From positions 512,001 to 576,000 of the forward strand of contig JBGAHS010000004.1 in the NCBI GenBank assembly GCA_044226015.1: 64,000 bases of DNA. Reading direction: 5' to 3'. The stretch comes from Candidatus Obscuribacteraceae bacterium (GTDB taxonomy: Bacteria > Cyanobacteriota > Vampirovibrionia > Obscuribacterales > Obscuribacteraceae). The position numbers were made by a program, and so were the translations under genes. Positions 29,258 through 38,344 of the stretch are shown in pieces; the stretch's first letter is position 1; the number at the start of each line of letters is the position of its first letter. Below the pieces are notes generated by a model. It saw nothing but the letters and a program-made list of their open reading frames with translations, was not told the DNA's origin and did not search any database.

Positions 29258-30674
29258 CCTGGTAGTCAAAAATCAATGCAATAGTCCATTAAGAACTACT
29301 CTTGATTCATTCTTGAGTTTTACTTTTCCGCTTTGGGCGGTGGTTTCACCGATAGTCATTCTTATAAATTCATTGGCGTCATTAACCTTTATTTTGTCTT
29401 TGGATGCCAGTAAGTTTTCTGAGTCGATCGGCTTTGCCGCTGCGTTTTTTTTCTACAGCCTGGTTTCGCTTGCTGGGAAACGCTTAATCAGGTCCGATGC
29501 TCTGATTATCGATAAGCAAGGCATTAAGCTACCATTGTTTATTGGTAACAGAATAAACTTCAACAGGAAAATTCTCTGGGAACAGATTGCTAAAGTAGCA
29601 GCAACAAAGAATGATGATTTGAATAAGTCAAAGTTGTTGATACAAAGAAAAAAAGGCGGAGTAGTCGCCCTTCCTGTGTCTGCTCTGACGACTGAGCTGA
29701 GCGAGCAGATGATTTTAGCTACTCAAATGTGGGCTCCTGATGCTAAGGATGAGAGTCTTGATTCGTTGCAGAACAATTTGAGGATAGGTGCCAACAAGAG
29801 TTCTTCGGCCAGTTTTACAGAGCTATGGGAAGCAGAGCTCGGGCACAGATTTTGTCCCACATCCTATATTCCTTTGGAAATTGGGTGTGGCGTTCGAAAC
29901 GGTTCGCTAAAAGTCGTGAGTCATCTTTCTTCGGGTGGCTTATCAGCTCTCTATTTGTGCCAACTGGATGGCTCAAAGCTGGTAGTTCTAAAGGAAGCGG
30001 TCATACCGGAAGAGTCCACTGAGCATGTCCGTGAGAAAGCTAAGCAAATGTTTGATCGTGAAGCTGCTTTGCTGATGAAGCTTGATCATCCCGGAATTGT
30101 TCATGTGCTTGATAGTTTCTCGGAGGGCGGACGCAATTATCTCTTGCTCGATTTTGTAAATGGGATGGATTTGCGTCAAATGGTGGCACAAAACGGTCCG
30201 CAAAAGGAAGTGGATGTGCTTGAATGGGCGGTGCAAATTGCTGTGGCTCTGAAATATCTGCATGAAAAAGAGCAACCCATAATGCATCGAGATCTAACTC
30301 CAGACAATATTGTCTTGCGAAACGATGGCAAGGTAATTATTGTTGATTTTGGTGCTGCCAATGAGCTGATAGGTACGGCTACAGGGACATTTGTGGGTAA
30401 GCATGCCTTTATTGCACCTGAGCAATTGCGCGGCAAAGCCACCACGTTAAGTGATATCTATTCATTTGGTTGTACTTTATATTTCCTACTAACTGGGCAT
30501 GAGCCCGAAGCCTTGCTTCCTTCAAATCCAAAGACACAGGTGCCAGATGTTTCGTCTGAATTAGCGGAGATTGTGGAGTCATGTACTCAGTTAGAGGGTA
30601 GTGACCGCTACCAATCTTTTGCGCAGTTGATTCCTGTGTTGCGTCGTCTATCTGCGCAGTCCATGGTGTCGTAG
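29250..30674 (+). CDS. Membrane-anchored Hanks-type Ser/Thr protein kinase
   Basis: LSSGGLSALY, VVLKE, HRDLTPDN, DFG, APEQ, SDIYSFG; 8-nt overlap with upstream kinase. Confidence 0.92.
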   Translation: MADLVVKNQCNSPLRTTLDSFLSFTFPLWAVVSPIVILINSLASLTFILSLDASKFSESIGFAAAFFFYSLVSLAGKRLIRSDALIIDKQGIKLPLFIGNRINFNRKILWEQIAKVAATKNDDLNKSKLLIQRKKGGVVALPVSALTTELSEQMILATQMWAPDAKDESLDSLQNNLRIGANKSSSASFTELWEAELGHRFCPTSYIPLEIGCGVRNGSLKVVSHLSSGGLSALYLCQLDGSKLVVLKEAVIPEESTEHVREKAKQMFDREAALLMKLDHPGIVHVLDSFSEGGRNYLLLDFVNGMDLRQMVAQNGPQKEVDVLEWAVQIAVALKYLHEKEQPIMHRDLTPDNIVLRNDGKVIIVDFGAANELIGTATGTFVGKHAFIAPEQLRGKATTLSDIYSFGCTLYFLLTGHEPEALLPSNPKTQVPDVSSELAEIVESCTQLEGSDRYQSFAQLIPVLRRLSAQSMVS

Positions 30675-31066
30675 TGTCAGCTGTTCTTTCTGTCGTCGCT
30701 GTTGTCATCGAACGTGACAACAAACGTCTGGTCTGTCAACGACCGGCACATAAGAGGCATGGTTTGTTATGGGAATTTCCTGGAGGTAAGCTTGAGCCAG
30801 GCGAAACTCTATTTGAGGCTGCACAGAGGGAACTCTTTGAGGAGTTGTCACTGCGTGTCACCGGATCTGGTGCCTTGCTTTTTGCAATTACGGATGAAGC
30901 ATCGGGTTTTCAGATCAATTTTCTAGAAGTGAATGCCAGTGGAGAACCTACTTTGAATGAGCACTTTGCGATGAAGTGGTGTACATTGCAGGAGCTTGGC
31001 GAGCTTGACCTTGCGCCCAGTGATCGAAGTTTTGTTGAATTTCTAGGGATGCAGAAGAGAGGCTGA
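30674..31066 (+). CDS. Nudix hydrolase, MutT/NudG family
   Basis: WEFPGGKLEPGETLFEAAQRELFEEL Nudix box; GTG start overlaps kinase stop. Confidence 0.9.
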   Translation: MSAVLSVVAVVIERDNKRLVCQRPAHKRHGLLWEFPGGKLEPGETLFEAAQRELFEELSLRVTGSGALLFAITDEASGFQINFLEVNASGEPTLNEHFAMKWCTLQELGELDLAPSDRSFVEFLGMQKRG

Positions 31067-31152
31067 CGGCGTTGCTGGTATTTCGAGGTTTGTTGAATCT
31101 CGCTGACGGCGTTGCTGACCTATACTAAACACGAAAAATATTGCAGAATATA

Positions 31153-31181
31153 TTGACACGCATATCTATGTATGGTACTCT
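31153..31181 (+). promoter_or_regulatory. Sigma70-type promoter
   Basis: TTGACA (31153-58), 17-nt spacer, TGn-TACTCT extended -10 (31173-81), AT-rich upstream region. Confidence 0.75.
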
Positions 31182-31187
31182 GTTTAT

Positions 31188-31378
31188 GTGATTACTTCAG
31201 ACGAGCTCAAACCTGGAGCGATCATTTCTGCGGATCATGCCAATAGTGCGGGTCTGAGAGCGAGGGCCGATATGGGCTGCCTTGTGCAGTTTGTATCGGG
31301 GATGGCGGCCCCCCCTCGTTTCACTCAGGTCCGCTAGAAGTGCTGTTTCAAATCCGGCCGGATTAGAGTAGCGATTAG
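31188..31378 (+). ncRNA. Structured non-coding RNA, candidate 6S RNA or new class
   Basis: Nested stems rich in G-U pairs on + strand: 31214-29/31336-50, 31248-58/31324-34, 31261-66/31313-18, 31267-80/31286-99; directly after promoter; ends approximate. Confidence 0.55.
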
Positions 31379-31395
31379 TTAGGACACCCATACGT

Positions 31396-32085
31396 TCAAC
31401 TCTTGGATTTTTCAATAATCGCTTTGCTTCGCTCATCACCTATTGAACTCAGGATCTGTTGCATCAGTTTTCGCGCTCTCTTTCGTTCTTCAGGATTACT
31501 ATTGCGAAGCTTATCTTCGTGAATCCACTTCTCACGTGCATCGTGCATCGCTTTAGCCAGAGCTAAATCAAACTCGACTTCATTTATTATTCCAGTAGAG
31601 TGCGCAAAATGTATCCAGTTAATTCTTCGGTCTGGAGGCTGCGCCACCGTAAGTGAGTAAATTTGCTGGCGTGTGTTGTTGTATTCCACCTGATTGAAAG
31701 TTCGGTTTTCTTTTTGATGTTCCCAGCGTTGTGATGCGGCGTGCAGTTGTTCTTTCATCAGAAGATCAAGCTCATCGTCATCGATATGATGAGGATCGTT
31801 TGCTGGTAAACGGTGTTTCAAACGCAAGAGCTCAAACTCTCGTCTGCTACCTGCTGGTTTTGCCGCTTCCAAGGTCACTCTTGCTTTCAGCAGAGCCATT
31901 TGTCCTGTCTTGAAAGTTTTCGGTTTTGCGGCTGTTTTTGCCGACTCTTCGCCTTCGCCAAAATCGGCAATGAGTGGCTTTGCAAATTCCTTTGTCAGCC
32001 CGCTTTTCTTTCCGCCTTTTAGCGAAAGAATAACTCTTTTAAAACTCAAATCAGGTACGGTGTTTTCCTGCTCTTGAGATGACAT
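31396..32085 (-). CDS. Hypothetical charged helical protein
   Basis: ~229-aa ORF from ATG 32085; no recognised motif. Confidence 0.65.
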   Translation of the reverse strand: MSSQEQENTVPDLSFKRVILSLKGGKKSGLTKEFAKPLIADFGEGEESAKTAAKPKTFKTGQMALLKARVTLEAAKPAGSRREFELLRLKHRLPANDPHHIDDDELDLLMKEQLHAASQRWEHQKENRTFNQVEYNNTRQQIYSLTVAQPPDRRINWIHFAHSTGIINEVEFDLALAKAMHDAREKWIHEDKLRNSNPEERKRARKLMQQILSSIGDERSKAIIEKSKS

Positions 32086-32116
32086 TTTGGGAATCCATTG
32101 AACAAGCAAAAAAAGC

Positions 32117-33670
32117 TTACTTCAGGAATTCAATTAGAGCAAGTGCTTTCGCCTTCAGCGTTAGCTCGAGTTGGGGCGACGAGAGTTCCTTTAGTTCCGG
32201 CTCACTCAATTCCGCCGCCTTTCGAAGCTCTTTCTGCTGTTCTCGAGTTGGAAAAGCGGGCTGTCCCATTTTCTTGAAAAGGCTAAGTGCAGAACCATTG
32301 TCTTCATCAAGTACGTATATGCGTGCTTTCTTAAATTCTCCCATGGATTGGAGATTAACTGTAAGTTTCTTACTTTCGCCTTTTTCTTCTGGGGCTGAGT
32401 AATTCCATGCTGCTGCTATCAACGCACCATCTTTGCTTTTGCTAATGATTGCATCTTCGCTTGGATTTGCTAGTTTTTCCTCTCCTAGTTTATGCAGAAG
32501 TTTGAAGGCATTGAAAGCTGCTTTGGGTATGTTGCCGGCAGCTATAGCGCCAAAGCCACCGTAGAAGGGACTTTTAACGACTCCGCCTTCCTCAAATACA
32601 TCAGAGAATGTCCAGAATGAGACCATGTCTGCAAGTCCATCAGCCTGGCGAATATAATTAGCTAACCATGGTCCCATAAATTCTGAATCAGTGACGTTTT
32701 GTTCGTTGAAAAATGACGCGTTGAACTCACTCCATATTATGGCTGTGTCAGGTTTACTTGACGATTTTACTTCGTCATAAACCTTGCGCATGGCTCTTGC
32801 CACCATATCTTTTCTCGGAATTTTTTCGTGTGTTTTGAAGACGTCTTCAGCGGAGTCATTTCCATACACATGTGTTGAAACGAAATCGAAAGGAACTTTT
32901 TCTTTAGTACAGTGATCGATGAAGATTTTGCTCCAGGCAGCCTGGGCTGTTGAAGGTCCGCCAACGCGAAGGCGTGGGTTGACAGCTTTCAAAGTCCTGG
33001 CTGTTTCATCATAAAGCTTTAAGTATGACTCAAGCTTTGGTTCTCCAGCCCAGAATCCGATGTTTGGTTCATTCCATACTTCAAAATACCATTTGGAAAC
33101 TTCATCTATTCCGTAGCGAGCTATGAGATGCTCGGCTAGATTTTTCATCAAAGCGTTCCACTTTGAATAGTCTTTTGGAGGTGCAATATTTGGTTTGTAC
33201 CAGAAGCCGAATATCTCAGGCTTTGCTGCTAATTTTTCTGGCATAAAACTGAGTTCGACGAATGGTCGAACGCCAATGTCCAAAAGCCCATCATAGACCT
33301 GGTCGATGTAGGAAAAATTGTAGATCGGCCTACCGTCTTTATCCTCATCGTAGAGACCGAGCTCATCGTGTAGGATGCCGTGAAAGCGCACATATTCGAC
33401 TGGTAATTCAGCTTTCATTTTGCTCAAATCATTTCGATAGCTTTCGCGTAGGCTCAGCGCAGCTCTGCCTGAGCCGAACATGTGTTCCCACCAGTGTGGA
33501 AATGGTGATGCTTTTGCGTTAGCGTCGATGTTGATTACTATTTCATTACTAGTTTGTGCGGCTAAGGCATGATTGGAAAATGCCATACCCAACACAGTTA
33601 ATGCAATTGCCAAAGTGCTTTTGAATCGTTTTTGTCGTTGGCTTGTGTCGGCGTGGTAAATCTCAATCAT
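32117..33670 (-). CDS. GH39 beta-xylosidase-like glycoside hydrolase
   Basis: YVRFHGIL, YNFSYIDQVYD, PFVELSFMP, FEVWNEPN (acid/base), WSEFN (nucleophile), WTFSDVFEE; signal peptide. Confidence 0.92.
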   Translation of the reverse strand: MIEIYHADTSQRQKRFKSTLAIALTVLGMAFSNHALAAQTSNEIVINIDANAKASPFPHWWEHMFGSGRAALSLRESYRNDLSKMKAELPVEYVRFHGILHDELGLYDEDKDGRPIYNFSYIDQVYDGLLDIGVRPFVELSFMPEKLAAKPEIFGFWYKPNIAPPKDYSKWNALMKNLAEHLIARYGIDEVSKWYFEVWNEPNIGFWAGEPKLESYLKLYDETARTLKAVNPRLRVGGPSTAQAAWSKIFIDHCTKEKVPFDFVSTHVYGNDSAEDVFKTHEKIPRKDMVARAMRKVYDEVKSSSKPDTAIIWSEFNASFFNEQNVTDSEFMGPWLANYIRQADGLADMVSFWTFSDVFEEGGVVKSPFYGGFGAIAAGNIPKAAFNAFKLLHKLGEEKLANPSEDAIISKSKDGALIAAAWNYSAPEEKGESKKLTVNLQSMGEFKKARIYVLDEDNGSALSLFKKMGQPAFPTREQQKELRKAAELSEPELKELSSPQLELTLKAKALALIEFLK

Positions 33671-33775
33671 TTGCAAGCTCTTTCATCTGGTTTCAACAAG
33701 ACTTGCATTCTAGAGCATTTTTTACTGGCGCGGACCTTTTGAAGAGATAAGTTATCTCCTGATATGTGCCATTTA

Positions 33776-33820
33776 AAATTAGAACAGGAAGAGTGCAATC
33801 TAATTGCCCTCTTCCTGTTT
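33776..33820 (-). terminator. Terminator-like hairpin downstream of the stress-protein gene
   Basis: aacaggaagag...ctcttcctgtt 11-bp arms plus gcaat/attgc inner stem. Confidence 0.7.
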
Positions 33821-33911
33821 AGTTCTGAATCGAATGGATTTTTACGCTGCTAATCAGGGGAATCAAACTGATTTGACAGTTGCGTAATTCGAATCAGCAA
33901 TTCGATTCTGA

Positions 33912-34433
33912 CTATTTCTTGACTTGTGTTTCGCCAGTTCTCTTGATGTCTTTGGCACCTTCTTGCTTGAAGATGTCTTCAGCGAGCTTGGCTTGCTCAC
34001 CGCTTTCTGTGTGAACGGAAAGAAGGATATTACCTTCGTTCAGCTTCGCTTCGTATTGCTTAGCTTCGTATTCTGGAATTCCCAGCCCGATGAGTCCGCC
34101 GGTTACTCCACCAACGGCTGCACCAGCTGCTGCGCCGCTCAGAGCAGCCATAATAGGACCAGCTGCTACGAGAGGTCCGACACCAGGAATAGCTAGAGCG
34201 CCAATACCTGCCAACCAACCAAGAGCACCGCCGACGATGGCACCGCCGGCAGCGCCAGTTGATGTACCTTCTGGAGCCTTGCTGTGCTTTTCGTGACCCA
34301 TATCGCGAACACCACTCTTATCTGGCATCAGCGCCGAGATGTCTGAATTAAGAAATCCAGCCATTCTCAAACGATCAACAATTCTGTCTGCTTGAACTGC
34401 TGTTGGAATTATGCATATAACTGCTTGTTTCAT
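33912..34433 (-). CDS. General-stress/DUF3341-like membrane protein
   Basis: GGALGWLAGIGALAIPGVGPLVAAGP and GLGIPEYEAKQYE motifs; BON gene upstream. Confidence 0.85.
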   Translation of the reverse strand: MKQAVICIIPTAVQADRIVDRLRMAGFLNSDISALMPDKSGVRDMGHEKHSKAPEGTSTGAAGGAIVGGALGWLAGIGALAIPGVGPLVAAGPIMAALSGAAAGAAVGGVTGGLIGLGIPEYEAKQYEAKLNEGNILLSVHTESGEQAKLAEDIFKQEGAKDIKRTGETQVKK

Positions 34434-34461
34434 CTTCCTTCTCCAATATTTGATGGTGTGA

Positions 34462-34845
34462 TTAAAAAGATGCTTTTACTTCTAGTTCATTCTTAAATGA
34501 ATACTTTCAACATGCAACTTTTGCAAGTACAGCAATTACGTCCTTTTAATGCTGGATGTCTACTGGTCCGCGAAGGAAAATTGTTCCGTTGTCCGTGATT
34601 ATTTTCACGTTCTGGGCATTAACGGACAAACCCTTCGTGTCCATTATTGATTTGCGAATGGCTGTGGTGACTTCAACATCGCCTTTTTCATTCGACTGAT
34701 CTTCAGCAGTTGCCTTGCTTTTGTTTCGATCACAAGCATTCTTTTTGCTGTTGTCAGCATCAACCTTTTGCGTTTTTTCGGCAAATGCGGAGTTGCCGCC
34801 GAATGCTATTAGCGAAATCAAAGCGAGCATTATTACTCGTTTCAT
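34462..34845 (-). pseudogene. BON-domain (OsmY-like) exported protein with two in-frame stops
   Basis: TAEDQSN, LSVNAQNVKIIT, LRGPV; frame continues past TAA 34546-48 and TGA 34507-09 to KNELEVK and TAA 34462-64. Confidence 0.75.
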
Positions 34846-35185
34846 TTTGTGTCCTCTGTTGTTAAAACACTGATAGATTATGGTCTGCCGGGACGGCATT
34901 TATGCCAATGCCTGTCGGCTGGAATCCGACAGGCACCACGAGTGATGTCACTCGTATAGCATATTCGCCTGAGCTTCTTGTTTTAGGCAATGACCGCTTG
35001 CCGGGCGCTTCGGTGCCTCCCCGAAGTATTACACTCAGTTTAATCACATGAGGTGGTAGAGCCTCCAGGTTTCTGTAGTGTTAGGGACTCGGCACAAACC
35101 AATCAGTTCCCGAAAAGTCCATTGATAAAAAAGAGCATATTATTCGCGGACTATAGTTCGCTGCAAATCGCAAAAGATAAGATGT

Positions 35186-38100
35186 CTATTCGCTTACAGA
35201 CGCTTCAATAATCTCGTGAGAATGTCCATCTTCTGTGGATTTCGCTTTCGTTTGTTTGAAGACTTTGTTCTTGATTCCATTGAAAACCAGGTATAGCACT
35301 GGAACAATATAGAGACTAAGAACTGTGGACAGGATCATTCCACCCATCACAGTGGTGCCCAGTGATCTTCTGCTATTACAACCGGCACCTTCGGCGATGG
35401 TCAAAGGCAAAATACCAAAAATAAAAGCAAGAGAAGTCATCAAGATTGGTCGCAGCCGCGTAAGCGCAGCTTCGACCACAGCTCTGTTATGAGGTAGTCC
35501 TTTCTCATGTAATTGATTTGCAAACTCAACAATCAAGATAGAGTTCTTGCTGGCCAATCCAATTAGCATTACCAGCCCAATTTGGCAGAAGATGTCATTT
35601 TGAAGTCCTCGAAACATCTGGGCTGCAAGGGCGCCTAATACTGCAAGTGGCACTGCAAAAAGAATCACCAGCGGATCTATTAAGCTCTCGTACTGAGCTG
35701 CTAAAACCAGGAAAACAAATACAACGCCAAGGGCAAAAATAAGCAGGGCAAGATTACCTGACTGAATTTCTTCCAGCGAGATTCCCGTCCATTCATAACT
35801 CATGTCTCGGGGCAGAACTCGCTTAGCGATTGTCTCCATTTCTTTAATTGCTTGACCAGAACTGAAGCCGGGAACCGGCACACCATTCACTTCTATTGAT
35901 TTGAACAAATTGTAGTGTGAAATGGTGGCAGGCGAAGTTGTGTTAGTCAGTTTTACCAGATTAGAGAGTGGAACCATGCTTCCAGCTGAAGAACGGACAT
36001 AGAGCCGAGTGATGTCTTTCGGGTTGCTTCTGAACTGGGAATCGGCTTGAACGTATGTGCGATAGCTGCGGTCCAAATAGTCGAAATCATTTACATAGAG
36101 TGAGCCGATGAATACTTGAAGAGTGTTGAAAATGTCTTTGACATTGATGCCTATGGACTCTGCTTTGTCTCGATCAACGTCGATTAAGAGTTGCGGAGAG
36201 TTCATTCTGAAGGTGGTCTGAATACCTGTAAGCACTGGGCTCTGTCTTGCTGCTCCTATAAACTCATTAGACAGCGCTGCAAATTCTTCAAGAGGGGCGC
36301 GCTGTGTGTCTTCGAGTTCAAAGGCAAAGCCGCCGAAATTACCTAAGCCCTGAATTGGGGGAGGGCTGAATGGAATGCAGAACGCTTCATCTATTCCCAT
36401 CAATGGCGGGCGAAGGCGCGCAATGATGCCGTCGCATGTTTGTTCTTTTGTCTTTCGTTCATCCCAGGGTTTCAGCGTGCAAAATACAATTGCATTACTT
36501 GAATTGTTGCCTGCAAAGCTAAAACCTCCCACTGCGAAGATGCCGCTAATCTCTGGAATCTTAGCCGCTTCAGCTTCAACCTTTTCTACTACGTGATTGG
36601 TGTAATCTAGCGATACACCGTCAGGTCCCTGGACGATAATCATGAAGTAACCGACGTCTTCATCGGGCAAAAATCCGGTAGGAAGCTTTGTGTAAAGCCA
36701 TCCTGTAAGGGTCAATAGTCCGATGAAAAATAGCACAACCAGCGCTTTAAAGCGAAGCAGAAATTGCAGTGAAGCCGAAAAGAAGTTACGCACCTGGTCC
36801 AGGCACCAATTAAAAGCTCGGAAAAACCAATTAGGTCTTTCGCCATGTTTCAGCAGAAGTGCTGATAGTGCTGGTGTCAAAGTCAATGCATTGAAGGCAG
36901 AGATGCCTACTGAGATGGCTAGCGTGAGGGCGAACTGTCTGTACAACTGTCCGGTTGTGCCTGGGAAAAATGCGACAGGAACAAAGACTGCTGCAAGTAC
37001 AAGAGCTGTTGCAATAACTGCCCCGGTCACTTGCTTCATGCCTTCTCTTGCAGCTTCAAGAACAGGCATGTGTTTCTCTTCCATCAAGCGCGAAATATTC
37101 TCGATTACAACTATGGCGTCGTCCACAACCAGCCCCGTAGCCAGCGTAATACCGAAAAGGGTTAGCGTATTGATAGAGAAGCCGAGTACTTTCATGGCAG
37201 CAAAAGTACCTATCAATGAAACTGGAATGGTAATAAACGGAATAAAGGTTGTGCTGAAGCTCTGAAGGAAAAGGAATATCACTCCCATGACCAGCATAAT
37301 CGAGTCGCGAAGTGTATTGATTACCTCATGAATTGATTGATCCACAGCTCGGGTGGTGTCGAAGGCAACCTCGCATTTCATGCCGGGGGGAAGGTTGCGG
37401 CACAATCTTTCAAGTTCGGCTTTTGCGTCTCTGGCAACATCCAGCGCATTAGAACCGGGTAGCTGAAAAATTGCGATTCCAACGGCATTGAGACCTTTAT
37501 ACCTGAGGAAAGTTCCGTAGTTTTCTGCGCCCAGTTCAACTCTGCCGAGATCTCTAACTTTGATGACAGAGCCCTCAGGTCCTCTTTTCACGATGATGTT
37601 TGCGAATTCCTCAGGGGTGCGCAAGCGACCTGAAACTCTGGTGCTAATCTCAAAAGATTGACCTTCCGGATAAGGCGCTTTTCCGATTGCGCCGCTTGCT
37701 ACCTGTACGTTTTGATCAGCAAGAGCATTAATTACTTCGGTGGTGGTGATTTTTCTGTTATTCAGCTTTGTAGGGTCAAGCCAAATTCGCATAGAGTATT
37801 TTCGTTCACCAAATATGGTGATATCGCCGACCCCTTTTACACGCTTGAGTGCATCCTTGAAATAAAGATCCGCATAATTGCTCAGGAACAATGCATCATG
37901 CCTGTCCGATGAGAGGGCTGAGGCAAAAATTATACTTGTAGAAACTTTGTCTATAGTGACGCCAGTCTTTTTTACTTCGTCCGGCAGTCTGCCTTGAACA
38001 GAGTTAACTCTGTTCTGCACATCAACTGCTGCAGCGTCGATGTCACGCTCAAGGTCGAATGTGACATTGATTGTACTGGTTCCATCATTGCCGCTGGTTG

Positions 38101-38341
38101 AAGTAATGTACTTCATACCTTTAACGCCGTTGATTTGTTGTTCGAGAATGTTTGTTACGCTGGACTCAACAGCTGCGGCGCTCGCTCCGGTGTAGGCAGA
38201 AGTGACTTTCACTTGGGGCGGAACAATGGCCGGATATTGCGCTATGGGTAGGTTCGGAATTGATACCAGACCTGCAAGCACAATTATGATCGAACAAACT
38301 GATGCGAAGATTGGACGACTGATGAAAAAATTGACGAACAT
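35186..38341 (-). CDS. RND efflux permease, HAE1/AcrB family
   Basis: FFISRPIFA, AQYP, GLVVDDAIVVIEN, LIGLASKNSILIVEFA, RLRPILMTS. Confidence 0.97.
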   Translation of the reverse strand: MFVNFFISRPIFASVCSIIIVLAGLVSIPNLPIAQYPAIVPPQVKVTSAYTGASAAAVESSVTNILEQQINGVKGMKYITSTSGNDGTSTINVTFDLERDIDAAAVDVQNRVNSVQGRLPDEVKKTGVTIDKVSTSIIFASALSSDRHDALFLSNYADLYFKDALKRVKGVGDITIFGERKYSMRIWLDPTKLNNRKITTTEVINALADQNVQVASGAIGKAPYPEGQSFEISTRVSGRLRTPEEFANIIVKRGPEGSVIKVRDLGRVELGAENYGTFLRYKGLNAVGIAIFQLPGSNALDVARDAKAELERLCRNLPPGMKCEVAFDTTRAVDQSIHEVINTLRDSIMLVMGVIFLFLQSFSTTFIPFITIPVSLIGTFAAMKVLGFSINTLTLFGITLATGLVVDDAIVVIENISRLMEEKHMPVLEAAREGMKQVTGAVIATALVLAAVFVPVAFFPGTTGQLYRQFALTLAISVGISAFNALTLTPALSALLLKHGERPNWFFRAFNWCLDQVRNFFSASLQFLLRFKALVVLFFIGLLTLTGWLYTKLPTGFLPDEDVGYFMIIVQGPDGVSLDYTNHVVEKVEAEAAKIPEISGIFAVGGFSFAGNNSSNAIVFCTLKPWDERKTKEQTCDGIIARLRPPLMGIDEAFCIPFSPPPIQGLGNFGGFAFELEDTQRAPLEEFAALSNEFIGAARQSPVLTGIQTTFRMNSPQLLIDVDRDKAESIGINVKDIFNTLQVFIGSLYVNDFDYLDRSYRTYVQADSQFRSNPKDITRLYVRSSAGSMVPLSNLVKLTNTTSPATISHYNLFKSIEVNGVPVPGFSSGQAIKEMETIAKRVLPRDMSYEWTGISLEEIQSGNLALLIFALGVVFVFLVLAAQYESLIDPLVILFAVPLAVLGALAAQMFRGLQNDIFCQIGLVMLIGLASKNSILIVEFANQLHEKGLPHNRAVVEAALTRLRPILMTSLAFIFGILPLTIAEGAGCNSRRSLGTTVMGGMILSTVLSLYIVPVLYLVFNGIKNKVFKQTKAKSTEDGHSHEIIEASVSE

Positions 38342-38344
38342 ATT

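Noticed and set aside
31325..31345. SRP RNA motif (tcaggtccg...)
   Set aside because: Lacks the GGAA-GGAAGCAG continuation, and the segment is paired in a different stem
31197..31439. 80-aa minus-strand ORF over the ncRNA candidate
   Set aside because: No recognisable motif; promoter orientation and G-U pairing support a + strand RNA instead
34462..34548. Stop-codon reassignment (TGA=Gly or TAA=Glu) explaining the in-frame stops
   Set aside because: Conserved genes here end normally at TGA (dxr, glpT, mutS2) and TAA (upp, aminotransferase), so the standard code applies
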